Positions 52,860 to 64,000 of a DNA stretch of 64,000 bases are shown piece after piece. The translations under genes and the position numbers were made by a program. Source of the stretch: Podarcis bocagei (taxonomy: Eukaryota). The notes below the pieces were generated by a model. That model saw only the letters and a program-made list of their open reading frames with translations. It was not told where the DNA came from and did not search any database. Where the stretch lies: the NCBI GenBank assembly GCA_964188305.1, contig OZ076893.1; one strand, 5' to 3'. How positions within the stretch are numbered: position 1 is the first letter of the stretch; every line of letters starts with the position of its first letter.

Positions 52860-52961
52860 GGGTTGTAGCTCTGTAGTAGTAGAGCACATGGTTGGAATGC
52901 AAAAGGTCCCAGATTCAATCCTTGGCATCTGCAACAGAAGAAAACTCCTGTCTGAAACCCT
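52860..52961 (+). mobile_element. 5' fragment of a tRNA-derived SINE (Squam3-like)
   Basis: Reads gtagctc..gtagagca....atgcaaaaggtcccagattcaatccttggcatct...tctgaaaccct. Confidence 0.6.
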
Positions 52962-54770
52962 AGTGGTCAGGGTGCACTAGGGATGGTTGCAGGCCTAATG
53001 ACGCCAGCCAGGCCATTTTGTCCAAGCCACATTCCACCTGCCCATCAGTGATGTCATATATGATGTCCAATGCGAGCAGCTAAAACATGGCTAGGCTGGG
53101 CCAAAATGGGCTTCTGAAGCCCTGCCAATCAGGTGATAGGCAGGGCTTCTAAAGTGCTGCACATCTGCCTTCTGAAGTGTGGTGGGACTCCAAAATGCGT
53201 TCCAGGAATCTCTGCATGAGGTTTCTAAAGAGCCCTGCATGGTGCTTTGATTGTTTGAGGCTTCAAAATGTGATGGGCATACCAGTTTTCCTATTGCTAC
53301 GTTCTTAATTTGCCCAGACTATGAGATCAGATAAGGTGATGTCAGGTAGGCAGAAAAAGAGAATCTAACTACCTTCCCAGAGCTAAGCTCTGCCTTTATC
53401 CGTCTTTAGCCGACTTTTATTTCAGTCAGCTTTTAAGGTATGATCTCCTATCTGCTTGAATTTTTAGTTTGCTACTGATGTCTTTTAAATCCTTTAATTG
53501 TTTTTATTTACAGTTAAAGATTCTGAAATTGCAAAGGAGATAAATTTGGAATGCACATTTGACGCAGCAAAGTGAATCCCCCCCCCTCAAATCATCTTAA
53601 CATTAAAAGGGGAAGTCAGATATAAAGTGCACCTTTAAAACAGCACAATTAGGAAGAGACTAAAAATATTATCTTAAGTCTCCCAATCTTGCCTATGGTG
53701 GTTCATGGTGGGTGATGGCTGGGGGAGCTCAGGCTCGATGACCTGGGTTTGCACTAAGAGGCAGACAAGAAGCAGTCCTCTGGCCTCTTCACCAGCCTCA
53801 GCTTCTGTAGCTGGAGTCAGCTAGGGCCCCACCCTCCCAGGCTAGGTGGGAAAAGGGCTGCAAGGCAGGGAGCAGGACTTCCAGAATTCACAGCCAAGGT
53901 AGACACCAACTGGTGTAGCTTTCCAATGCATGGAGTATATTTTCACCGCCTTTTACAAAACCTTTTGGCTCCTTGTTTCTCATAAGTCTTTCCTTTTTTA
54001 AAAAAAAAAGTCACTTAAAATGCCATCCTGTTGATTTATAGGAAGTGCAGGGGTGTGTTGCCACAAGTGAATCAGAAGTAAGTTATCATGCTTCTGTGTT
54101 TAATACAGTATTCCAATAATGCAAATATTTAGTATTTTGTTAATATGGCTTAAAGTTGGAATGACTGGGAAATCATATATTTTTGGTCTTAAAATAATGT
54201 TGTTCCTTAACATCATAGGCAACTTGCAAAATTAATTTTAAAAAAAACCCAAAGGCACGGCCCTGGCTGTTACTATGCAATCCATTGTGTTCATGTTGAT
54301 CAATCAGTCATTCTGTTAAAAATGTCAGAGAAGATACTTTTACCACCAATACTAGCGTGTTCCTAATTAAATTTAACAATTGGGATGAAATACAGGAATC
54401 AGTTCAATGCATTTATCATAAACTGCATTCATATATTTAAAAAGTACCTACACAAAAAAATATATTTGACCCTTTCATAATATGTCTTCTTAATTAGTAC
54501 AGTGTTTTATATTTTTTTTTCAAATGATGCCCCCATTTTTCAAAGGTATATCCATTTTTGTCATCCTCTCAAGGTCCTGCTTTCCTGATACTTTCTACAA
54601 GTATTTTTTAAAGCTTTTGTTTCAGTAATTGCCATAACCTTATTTTAAAATTAAAGCTAGGTTATTAGACAACAAGGTTCAATTTGTTCATTTATATGAA
54701 CTCCATGTGGATTTTGAAAATCAAGATAAATCTTCATGCACAACATACAGTCAGATTACCCCTGGACAAT

Positions 54771-55054
54771 NNNNNNNNNNNNNNNNNNNNNNNNNNNNNN
54801 NNNNNNNNNNNNNNNNNNNNNNNNNNNNNNNNNNNNNNNNNNNNNNNNNNNNNNNNNNNNNNNNNNNNNNNNNNNNNNNNNNNNNNNNNNNNNNNNNNNN
54901 NNNNNNNNNNNNNNNNNNNNNNNNNNNNNNNNNNNNNNNNNNNNNNNNNNNNNNNNNNNNNNNNNNNNNNNNNNNNNNNNNNNNNNNNNNNNNNNNNNNN
55001 NNNNNNNNNNNNNNNNNNNNNNNNNNNNNNNNNNNNNNNNNNNNNNNNNNNNNN
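54771..55054. other. N block, 284 bp
   Basis: Counted directly. Confidence 0.97.
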
Positions 55055-55822
55055 TATCCAGCCTAGCAGAAGAGATTATCTGGCAAATTGACACTGGAAA
55101 GAATTTTCTTATGGACTGGGAAATTAGAATTGCGCTCTTTTCTTTGATGTGTGCAATCCTCACTGTATTATGCAGCTAGCTCAGACTGAATATTAAATAT
55201 ATAATTTAATACATACTGTTAAAAATATCTTAAAATAATAATACTATTATTGCTTTTAAAAACATTGTAGAAACATTTAAACATCAGGTAAACATTCAGT
55301 GCAACAAAGATGACTGATCTTTGTGTACAATTAATTTTTAGCTGTTCAATAACCTTTCTTTTTTCATAGGGGTTACTAAATTTGGTAATGTGGTGGCTTT
55401 ATTTGAATAACATAATAATTGTGCTCCTTCAATATTTTAAAGGGGGAAATAATATTTAAATGCTTTCAAATTAAATGAAGAACAAAGAATTGAAGGTGAA
55501 ACTTGTTTCTCTTAATGTGGTATAAAATTTCAGACTGAGATACTAGAGAGAGCTAGTTATTGATTACTGTTTAGAGCAACATAAGGTTATCTAAACAAGA
55601 GAGAAGAGTACATTTTTAATGTATTTATAGAGTCTGCTCTGCTTCAGAGATAAGTGTGCTGTCACCTTTGTACCTGTTCAGTTTCAAAAATGGTTTAACT
55701 TTAATAAGGAGCCCTGCAATATTTAAAATTGCAGTAAGACACCCTAAGGGGTTGCAGTCACAGTAAACCCAGCAATCTGTTAGCTATTTATAATGTATTT
55801 TTACATGTTGTCTTGGAAGCAG

Positions 55823-55956
55823 GAATAAACACACCAGAGAAGGAACCAAAAGTAATTACTGCAGCAGGGGAACAACCACTACTTCCGGCTAAAGAAGAAG
55901 ATGGCGCACCCAAAAAGTCCAAACTTTCTGAGGAAAATAAGTTTGGTCACGAACAG
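55823..55956 (+). CDS. ZFHX4: ZFHX4 internal coding exon (GINTPEKEPK...NKFGHEQ), 134 bp, phase 1-0
   Basis: Acceptor aagcag| and donor CAG|gtaaag. The peptide resembles ZFHX4 GIITPEKELK...NKFCHEQ, and the phases fit both neighbouring exons. Confidence 0.92.
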
Positions 55957-56738
55957 GTAAAGTGTATTGTTAGATCCTTACTGCCTTGTAGCATTGTTTT
56001 TCTTATGTCATAAATATTTTGGGGGTGAATTCCTATGTCATGCTAATTCATCAGGTGCTATGTTGGCCCTGCCAACTCAGACCAGTTGGAAAACCTTGTT
56101 CCTCTAGTTCATCTTCCTGACCTTGTCAGTGTTGCAAAAAGATAAAAGGGCCCACATTTATCATAAGAAGCAAATCCCTATGTCAGAACTAGTTACCAGA
56201 GCACTATATATGCATGTTTGGATGCTTGGGAGACCGACAGAGGAAAAAAATCCAGAATCCCAAAGAGAACATGTCCAAAACTTACCCCAGCTACCATTAT
56301 CTGATATTTTAAGCCACAGGTGCTTTATTTCTTTCCAGATGATTCCTGACTGGCCACTCAATAGATACTGTGTTATAAAATAACAGGTGTCATGAGATAA
56401 AAATTATAAAACTGTATAAGCTAAGGAGTTCACTTACATGGTATCCAAACTCTTCTTTTGCTGCCAAAATTCACCCCCCATGACTAGTCAGGTCTCCTCC
56501 TTCCTTCTAAACCTGCACCTTTTTTATGGCAGTGGTCTTCCCATGTGAGTTGTGTATCTGGGTATTGATAGAGGCTGAAGGTAGTGAGGAATTGATGGAA
56601 GATACTGTAGGTGGCAGGCAACAGAGAAGATGCACCATCTTGAAAAGAGGGCCAGTAATACTGTAGTGACAGACGATTTGCTCAGGGCGTTAAGCAAGCT
56701 TTGTCTAATGGGCTGAATCTTTCTTGGATCTTTTTCAG

Positions 56739-56939
56739 TTTTACCAGTGCCCTTATTGTAACTACAATAGCAGGGACCCAAATCGTATCCAGATGCACGT
56801 CCTGTCACAGCATTCTATGCAGCCTGTTATCTGCTGTCCCCTCTGCCAAGATGTCCTGAGCAACAAAATGCATCTTCAGCTGCATTTGACCCATTTGCAC
56901 AGTGTGTCTCCTGACTGTGTAGAGAAACTGCTTATGACA
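56739..56939 (+). CDS. ZFHX4: ZFHX4 exon with two C2H2 zinc fingers (FYQCPYCNY...VEKLLMT), 201 bp, phase 0-0
   Basis: Acceptor tttttcag| and donor ACA|gtaagt. It encodes the fingers CPYC..H..H and CPLC..H..H, near-identical to ZFHX4 as recalled. Confidence 0.97.
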
Positions 56940-58176
56940 GTAAGTGTTTAAAATGCTGATGCACATTTGACAAGTACATGGACTGTAAATGATGCTGAAT
57001 ATATTATGGCATTGTAGATAGAGCTAGAGACTTGGAACCTGGGCTCCTGAGATTTCTTCGTAGTCCTGCCAATAACTTAGTACATCCCTTTGGCCTATTC
57101 ATTTAACCCTAATTTTCAAAGACACAAGAATCTGAAGCACTCATTAAAAACAACCTTTCAAGATCAAGGCACTCACCTCAGTGCCTCCATGCACATCCTA
57201 AACTGGTTCTACTACTATCTTTCCCCACAGGGGAATTTTTAGTCTTAATTTACTGTAAACAGTGTTCTGAGGGCCAAATACACAAGAAGTTACTGTTTGC
57301 TGGCAATTTTATGAGAAGTGGTAAATTGTGAAGAAACAGATAAAAGTACCAGAATGTTTTTATATTTACAGGATGGGGGAGATGAAACCTTTATTAGTAA
57401 TAGGACAGGATCCTAACCTTGTAGTTCACTATAATTTTCAAAAAAGTATCTTGATTGAAAAACAGGGTAATAAATATGAGGCAATTAAAAAAAGGTTATA
57501 GTAATATGGTGGCAGGAAAGTTAAAAGGCTAAAAGCGTTTGTGTGGCTACTGCTTTATGTAGTGTTATTTAAAATGTGTATCAGCAACTTATGTTGCCTA
57601 GAATTTACTATCACACTGTCTTCCATATTCTTTCCTTTCTTAATTATGATCAAACCTGACTCAGATATCACAAAAAAGCTCTAATGTGTTGTGAAGTATT
57701 ATGTGAAAGCATCTTTAGAATTATAGGTCTGGCATGTGCTGGAAGAGAATCAGTTGTGATTTAAGGTCCTAAGTGCAAAGCAGGAACCCCATATCAGAGG
57801 TATATATGCCTAAGCAAAATCAGTAGAAGTTGCCACCAGATTTGGAAAAAAAAGAGTCCCTCCCAATTTCAAGATTTGACCATTATACCAATTGGTACAA
57901 ACTGGATTGTACTAGTACTCTCAGAAGTAGTTATTTTGTTTTGCCTTTTCTCAGCAGCTGCTTAAAGTGCACTTTTGATGTGTAACAGAAAGTGAGCCTT
58001 TCAATAGCTCTCCTTACCTGTCTTGCTAGGGACATTTTGGTTAGTAATCCTGCATCCACACCATTTTCACTGCTACATCTGTGAGCTTAATTCCAAGATT
58101 AATCAAACAGTTAGTTGTTTCAGTTGGCCATATGTGATAAACAGTGCAATTCTCTTGGTGAGCACAGTATCATGCC

Positions 58177-58299
58177 TGATGATGATGATGATGATGATTA
58201 GTACCCTGTCCATCTGACTGGGTTTCCCCAGCCACTCTGGGCAGCTTCCAACAAAGATTAAAAATACATTAAAATGTCACACATTAAAAACTTCCCTGA
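58177..58299 (-). mobile_element. L2 extreme 3' fragment, same family as 12133-12516
   Basis: (GAT)n tail plus taccctg..ctg.ctggg.ttcccca.ccactctggg..gcttccaacaaa..ttaaaa...cttccct, shared with the 12.1 kb copy. Confidence 0.85.
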
Positions 58300-58331
58300 G
58301 TTGTGTGTGTGTGTTGTTGTTGTTTTTAAAG

Positions 58332-58449
58332 GTTCCTGTACCAGATGTGATGATGCCTAATAGTATGCTACTGCCAGCAGCTGCTTCAGAGAAATCTGAC
58401 TGTGATGCCTCTGCAAGTCTGACAGCTGAAGGATCTGGGAAATATTCAG
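58332..58449 (+). CDS. ZFHX4: ZFHX4 internal coding exon (VPVPDVMMPNSMLLPAAASEK...GSGKYS-G), 118 bp, phase 0-1
   Basis: Acceptor ttttaaag| and donor G|gtattg. The peptide matches ZFHX4 as recalled and the phases fit. Confidence 0.95.
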
Positions 58450-58727
58450 GTATTGCAAGAAAAAGCCAAGCCTGCAGAGGGCGAGCATTGCAGTCTTTTG
58501 TTGATAAACCTCCTCTCCTTTTGGGGTGTGCTTGCTATATTAACCAAAGAAAAATAAGGCCTGATTTTCTTCAGCAGCGTTTCATGCACTTTTATAGCAT
58601 ACAGTATATGTATATATATTTCTTTGAACAGATACAACATCTAGGTTGGGTTACACATTTTAAGACTTGTAGGCTGCATTCAGTCCACTCAATCTATGCC
58701 CCTAGTCCATACAGCTACCTACTGTAT

Positions 58728-58962
58728 GGTAAAGGAAAAAGGTAAAGGACCCTGGAGGGAGCCAGCGTTTGTCCACAGACAACTTTCAGGGTCCTGTGGC
58801 CAGCATGACTAAATTGCTATTGGCTCACATAGGACTGTGATGAGTGCCAAAGCACATGGAAATGCTTCTCATCACTGTGGGACCTGTTTATCTAGCTGCA
58901 CTGGTTTGCTTTTGAACTGCTAGGTTGGCAGAAGCTGGGACAGAGAAATGAGAGCCCACCCC
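58728..58962 (-). mobile_element. Degenerate, truncated Sauria SINE
   Basis: Reverse tail ggtaaagg...ggtaaaggaccc, plus the blocks gtggccagcatgact and ttgaactgctaggttggcagaagctggga. Confidence 0.75.
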
Positions 58963-59200
58963 TTCATTTGATACCAAAGAGTCTTATGGTACTTTCATGG
59001 ATCACAAGCCTGTGCTGAAGTCAACACTGGGCCATGAAACCTTATGCCATAATAAATTAGACAGCCTTTACAGTGCCACAAGGCTCTTTGTTATTATTGC
59101 TGCAGCATACTGGCTCCTCCTCTGGAAGTTCTTTCTTTTAATATGTATTATGTATTCAAATGCTATGGAGCTATATAATTTCTTTCCTTTTTTTAACCAG

Positions 59201-62200
59201 GTGAAAGTCCTCCAGATGAGAAGAACACCTCTGGGCTTGAAGAATCAAAAACTGGAATGGAAATTAAAACAGAGGAACAGAAGCCACTCAAAGAATCTAC
59301 TGAAATGCCAGATTGGAACAAAAACAGCAGTAAAGATATAAAGATCGTCGAATCACTGCCTGATCAGTTGAATGAGCAGCAGAAGAGGCAGCAGCTTTCT
59401 GTTTCTGATCGCCATGTCTATAAATATCGTTGTAACCATTGTAGCTTGGCTTTTAAGACTATGCAGAAGCTTCAAATACATTCCCAGTACCATGCTATTC
59501 GGGCTGCTACTATGTGTAGCCTTTGCCAACGTAGCTTCCGTACATTCCAGGCTTTAAAAAAACATTTGGAAGCAGGCCACCCAGAACTCAGTGAAGCTGA
59601 AATTCAGCAGTTGTGTGCATCTTTACCTGTAAATGGTGAACTCTGGGCAGAGAACGAAAGTATGGCACAAGATGAACATGCACTAGAACAGGATATAGAA
59701 AGAGAATACGAGATGGACCAGGAAGGTAAAGCAAGTCCTGTAGGAAGTGATAGTAGCTCCATTCCAGATGAAATGGGCTCAGAACCAAAGCGGACCTTAC
59801 CTTTTAGAAAAGGGCCAAATTTTACTATGGAAAAATTTCTAGATCCTTCTCGCCCATATAAATGTACAGTGTGCAAAGAATCTTTCACTCAAAAGAACAT
59901 TCTTTTGGTTCATTATAACTCAGTGTCTCATTTGCATAAACTCAAAAAGGTGTTGCAGGAAGCATCCAGTCCAGTCCCTCAAGAAGCTAACAGCAGCACT
60001 GACAACAAACCCTACAAATGCAGCATTTGCAATGTTTCTTATAGCCAAAGTTCTACACTGGAAATTCATATGAGATCTGTGCTTCATCAAACTAAGGCAA
60101 GGGCTGCAAAATTAGAACCAAGTAGTAATGCAATGAGTGGAAACAGCATAACAGGAAATGTTAATAGCCCCAGCCAGGGGATGGTAGATCCTACAATATT
60201 ACCAGCAGTTAACAGCAAGGAAACCCACATAGATGCCAAAGAATTAAATAAAAAGCAAGTTTCTGAATTAGTTTCTGCTCAGCCTACACATCATCCTCCC
60301 CAGTCACCAGCACAACTGCAGATGCAACTCCAGCATGAATTGCAACAGCAAGCAGCTTTCTTTCAACCCCAGTTCCTAAATCCAGCATTTTTGCCACATT
60401 TTCCTATGACACCAGAGGCGCTATTGCAGTTTCAGCAGCCACAGTTTCTTTTTCCATTCTATATTCCTGGGACAGAGTTCAGTTTGAGTCCTGATCTGGG
60501 TTTGCCTGGTTCTGCTGCATTTGGTATGCCTGGCATGGCGGGCATGGCCGGCTCACTGCTAGAAGACCTGAAGCAGCAGATGCAAACTCAGCACCACGTC
60601 GGTCAGACGCAGCTACAGATCCTACAGCAGCAAGCACAACAGTATCAAGCGACGCCACCTCCAATCCCGTCACAAAAGCAGCAGCAAACTAGTAAGTTAG
60701 TGAAAACAGAGCAGAACAGTGCAGTAAGTGCTGAGTGCCAGATGATGAAGGATACACCACCATATAAGGAATCAGAAGAGATTTCAGAGAAACAAGAAAA
60801 ACCAAAGCAAGAATTCACAAGTGATAGTGAAGGACTGAAAGAAAACAAAGATATAAAGAAGCAGAAGTCCTCTGAACCAACCATCCCACCACCTAGAATT
60901 GCTTCTGGGGCAAGAGGAAATGCAGCCAAGGCATTGCTGGAAAACTTCGGCTTTGAGCTGGTTATTCAATATAATGAGAATAGACAGAAAGTACAGAAAA
61001 AAAATAAAGCTGGTGATTGCGAAAATACTGACAAATTGGAATGTGCAGCATGCAGTAAATTGTTTTCCAACATTCTTATATTAAAGAGCCACCAAGAACA
61101 TGTTCATGGACAGTTCTTTCCATACGGTGCATTAGAAAAGTTTGCCCGTCAATACAGGGAGGCTTATGACAAGCTTTATCCTATTTCACCATCTTCCCCA
61201 GAACCACCACCTCCTCCACCTCCGCCTCCACCTCCACCTCCGCCTTCTTCACAACCTTCTTCATCCAGTTCTGGAAAGATTCAAAGCATTACTCCTACTC
61301 CTTTGCAGGCTCCACCACCAACTCCACCGCCTCCACCGCCACCCCCACCGCCACCTCCTCCTCCACCACCACCTTCTGCACCACCGCCAGTGCAGCTGCC
61401 AGTTTCATTAGATCTTCCACTTTTCCCTCCAATTATGATGCAGCCAGTGCAACACCCAGGACTGCCTCCTCAACTTGCCCTCCAGCTACCACCAATGGAT
61501 GCGCTGTCTGCAGATCTTACTCAGCTTTGTCAGCAACAGCTAGGATTAGATCCAAATTTCCTACGGCATTCTCAGTTCAAGCGGCCACGTACAAGAATCA
61601 CTGATGACCAATTAAAAATCTTGAGGGCATATTTTGATATTAATAATTCACCGAGTGAAGAACAGATTCAAGAAATGGCTGAGAAATCTGGCCTTTCCCA
61701 AAAGGTTATCAAACACTGGTTTCGAAATACCCTATTTAAGGAGCGACAAAGAAACAAGGATTCCCCATATAATTTTAGCAATCCTCCAATAACAGTTTTG
61801 GAAGATATAAGAATTGAACCACAGCCAAGTTCTTTAGAGCATTACAAATCTGATTCAGCGTTCAGCAAGCGATCATCTAGAACTAGATTTACTGACTACC
61901 AGCTCAGAGTCTTGCAGGATTTTTTTGACACAAATGCTTATCCAAAAGATGATGAAATTGAACAACTTTCAACTGTACTTAACCTACCTACTCGAGTTAT
62001 CGTTGTATGGTTCCAAAATGCACGACAGAAGGCTCGTAAAAGTTATGAAAATCAAGCTGAAACTAAAGATACTGAGAAGAGGGAGCTCACCAATGAGAGG
62101 TACATTAGGACTAGCAACATGCAATATCAATGTAAAAAATGTAGCGTAGTTTTCCCTAGGATCTTTGACTTAATTACACATCAGAAAAAGCTGTGTTATA

Positions 62201-64000
62201 AAGACGAAGATGATGATGCACAAGATGAAAGCCAAACAGAAGATTCCATGGATGCTACAGATCAAATGCTTTACAAGAATTGCACAGTTTCTGGCCCATC
62301 TGATTCATCAAAAAATATGGCTTTAACAACAGTAAGCTCTGGATCTGGTTCCAGTACTCCTTTGCTGCCATCACCCAAACCTGAACCTGGAAAAACCTCT
62401 CCTAAACCTGAGTCAACAGAAAAGCCAAAGCAAAATGATACCATACCTAAGCAAGCGGAGGCTTCCTCCCAAGGCAACAAATCAGTGCAGTCTGCACCAA
62501 CCACCTCCTCTGATCCGCAGCCCTCAGCTTCTCAAACACAGCAACAGAAACAATCCCAAATAGGAGGCAGACCACCTTCTGCATCACAGACGACCCCTGT
62601 TCCCTCGAGCCCTTTAGCAATCCAAATGACGCCTCTTCAGAACAGTCTACCTCCTCAGTTACTACAGTACCCATGTGACCAGTGTACAGTTGCCTTTCCC
62701 ACTCTAGAACTTTGGCAAGAGCACCAGCACATGCATTTCTTAGCAGCCCAAAATCAGTTCCTTCATTCCCAGTTTTTAGAAAGGCCTATGGATATGCCCT
62801 ATATGATATTTGATCCAAATAACCCTCTGATGACTGGACAATTGCTGAGCAGTTCTTTAGCTCAGGTGGCACCCCAAGTGAGCTCAGCTCATACAGCTCA
62901 CCACGCTGCTTCAATTCCTGGCTCACTTAAACGAAAACTGGATGATAAGGAAGATAACAACTGTAGTGAAAAAGAGGGGGGAAACAGTGGTGAGGACCAG
63001 CACCGGGATAAGCGATTGAGAACTACAATTACTCCAGAGCAACTGGAAATACTCTACGAAAAATACCTTTTAGATTCCAATCCTACCAGAAAAATGCTAG
63101 ATCACATCGCACGTGAAGTAGGACTAAAAAAGAGAGTTGTACAAGTCTGGTTTCAGAATACAAGAGCTCGAGAAAGAAAAGGACAGTTCCGTGCAGTAGG
63201 TCCAGCTCAGTCTCATAAAAGATGTCCTTTTTGCCGAGCACTGTTTAAAGCAAAGTCTGCTTTAGAAAGTCATATTCGCTCTCGGCACTGGAATGAAGGA
63301 AAACAAGCAGGTTATAGTTTGCCACCAAGTCCTTTGATAGCCAATGAAGATGGAGGAGAGAGCCCACACAAATACATGTTTTTTGATTATCCATCGTTAT
63401 CATTAACAAAGATTGATTTATCGAGTGAAAATGAATTAGCTTCTACTGTCTCAACTCCAGTTAGTAAAACTGCAGAAATGTCACCGAAGAATCTTTTAAG
63501 CCCTTCTTCCTTCAAAGCAGAATGCAATGAAGACATAGAGAATCTGAACACAGCTCCTGCTGATGGTGGGTATGACCAGAATAAAACTGACTTTGATGAG
63601 ACTTCATCAATTAACACAGCAATCAGCGATGCCACAACAGGAGATGAAGGAAACAATGAAATGGAAAGTATGACCGGTAGTTCAGGAGATGTGAAATCCA
63701 CATCCTCTCCTAGAGAGCCAAAAAATGTTCTGAATGACAGTTTGCCAAAAAACACAAACATGCCTAATATGGAGAACAGCGATGACAAATTTCTATTCTC
63801 CCTGACTAGCCCGTCAATGCATTACAGTGACAAAGATAGTGAACTTGACCAAAGTGTTTACATTACTGATGACCCTGATGATAATGCTGATCGCAGTGAA
63901 ACATCGAGCATAGCTGATCCAAGTTCACCTAATCCCTTTGGAGCAAGCAACCCTTTTAAATCGAAAAACAGTGACCGGCCAGGTCACAAACGATTTCGGA
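59201..64000 (+). CDS. ZFHX4: ZFHX4 giant exon, truncated by the window end: C2H2 fingers, Q-rich region, polyproline tracts, homeodomains 1-3 and start of homeodomain 4
   Basis: Acceptor ttttttaaccag|. The frame is open from codon 59203 (ESPPDEK...YKYRCNHCSLAFK...) to ...DRPGHKRFR at the window end. HD1 KRPRTRITDDQLKILRAYFDINNSPSEEQIQEMAEKSGLSQ is ZFHX4-type rather than ZFHX3-type. Confidence 0.98.
61576..61755 (+). other. ZFHX4: Homeodomain 1 coding segment (WFRN, Arg50)
   Basis: Translates as FKRPRTRITDDQL...KHWFRNTLFKERQRN. Confidence 0.95.
61867..62046 (+). other. ZFHX4: Homeodomain 2 coding segment
   Basis: Translates as KRSSRTRFTDYQL...VVWFQNARQKARKSY. Confidence 0.95.
63007..63186 (+). 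other. ZFHX4: Homeodomain 3 coding segment
   Basis: Translates as DKRLRTTITPEQL...QVWFQNTRARERKGQ. Confidence 0.95.

Noticed and set aside
7465-55179. ORFs containing long X runs
   Set aside because: They are artefacts of N blocks, which contain no stop codons.
59372-63788. Short antisense and alternative-frame ORFs over the giant exon
   Set aside because: They are shadows of the ZFHX4 coding sequence with no independent support.
1-64000. Prokaryotic-type systems (CRISPR array, operons, rRNA, IS or defence loci)
   Set aside because: The exon-intron structure, vertebrate TEs and CpG depletion show animal DNA, and no repeat-spacer array is visible.
59201-64000. Assignment to the paralogues ZFHX3 or ZFHX2
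   Set aside because: The HD1 residues (KILRAYF, QEMAEKSGLSQ) and the linker peptides match ZFHX4 as recalled.

Overview
This is eukaryotic vertebrate genomic DNA, most likely from a lacertid lizard, judging by Sauria SINEs with (ACCTTT)n tails, a tRNA-Lys/CR1-tail SINE, BovB, CR1, L2 and Penelope remnants, and Tc1/mariner MITEs. The whole window appears to lie inside the + strand gene ZFHX4 (zinc finger homeobox 4). About 43 kb of intron is followed by four internal coding exons (43034-43156, 55823-55956, 56739-56939, 58332-58449). A giant exon then starts at 59201 and runs off the window end with about 1,600 open codons, several C2H2 fingers, homeodomains 1-3 and the start of homeodomain 4; the ORF track omits it because no stop codon falls inside the window. 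All splice phases join in frame. No prokaryotic-type systems (CRISPR, operons, rRNA) are present. The main oddities are: (1) nine N blocks whose lengths are all 4 mod 8, pointing to computational masking, plausibly of ultraconserved elements; (2) a minimal hammerhead ribozyme motif with an intact core in a Penelope remnant nested in an L2; (3) an L2 fragment that appears to supply the branch point of a ZFHX4 exon; (4) several nested or rearranged transposons and candidate enhancer motif clusters. Repeat family names and orthologue comparisons are from recall, not from database searches.
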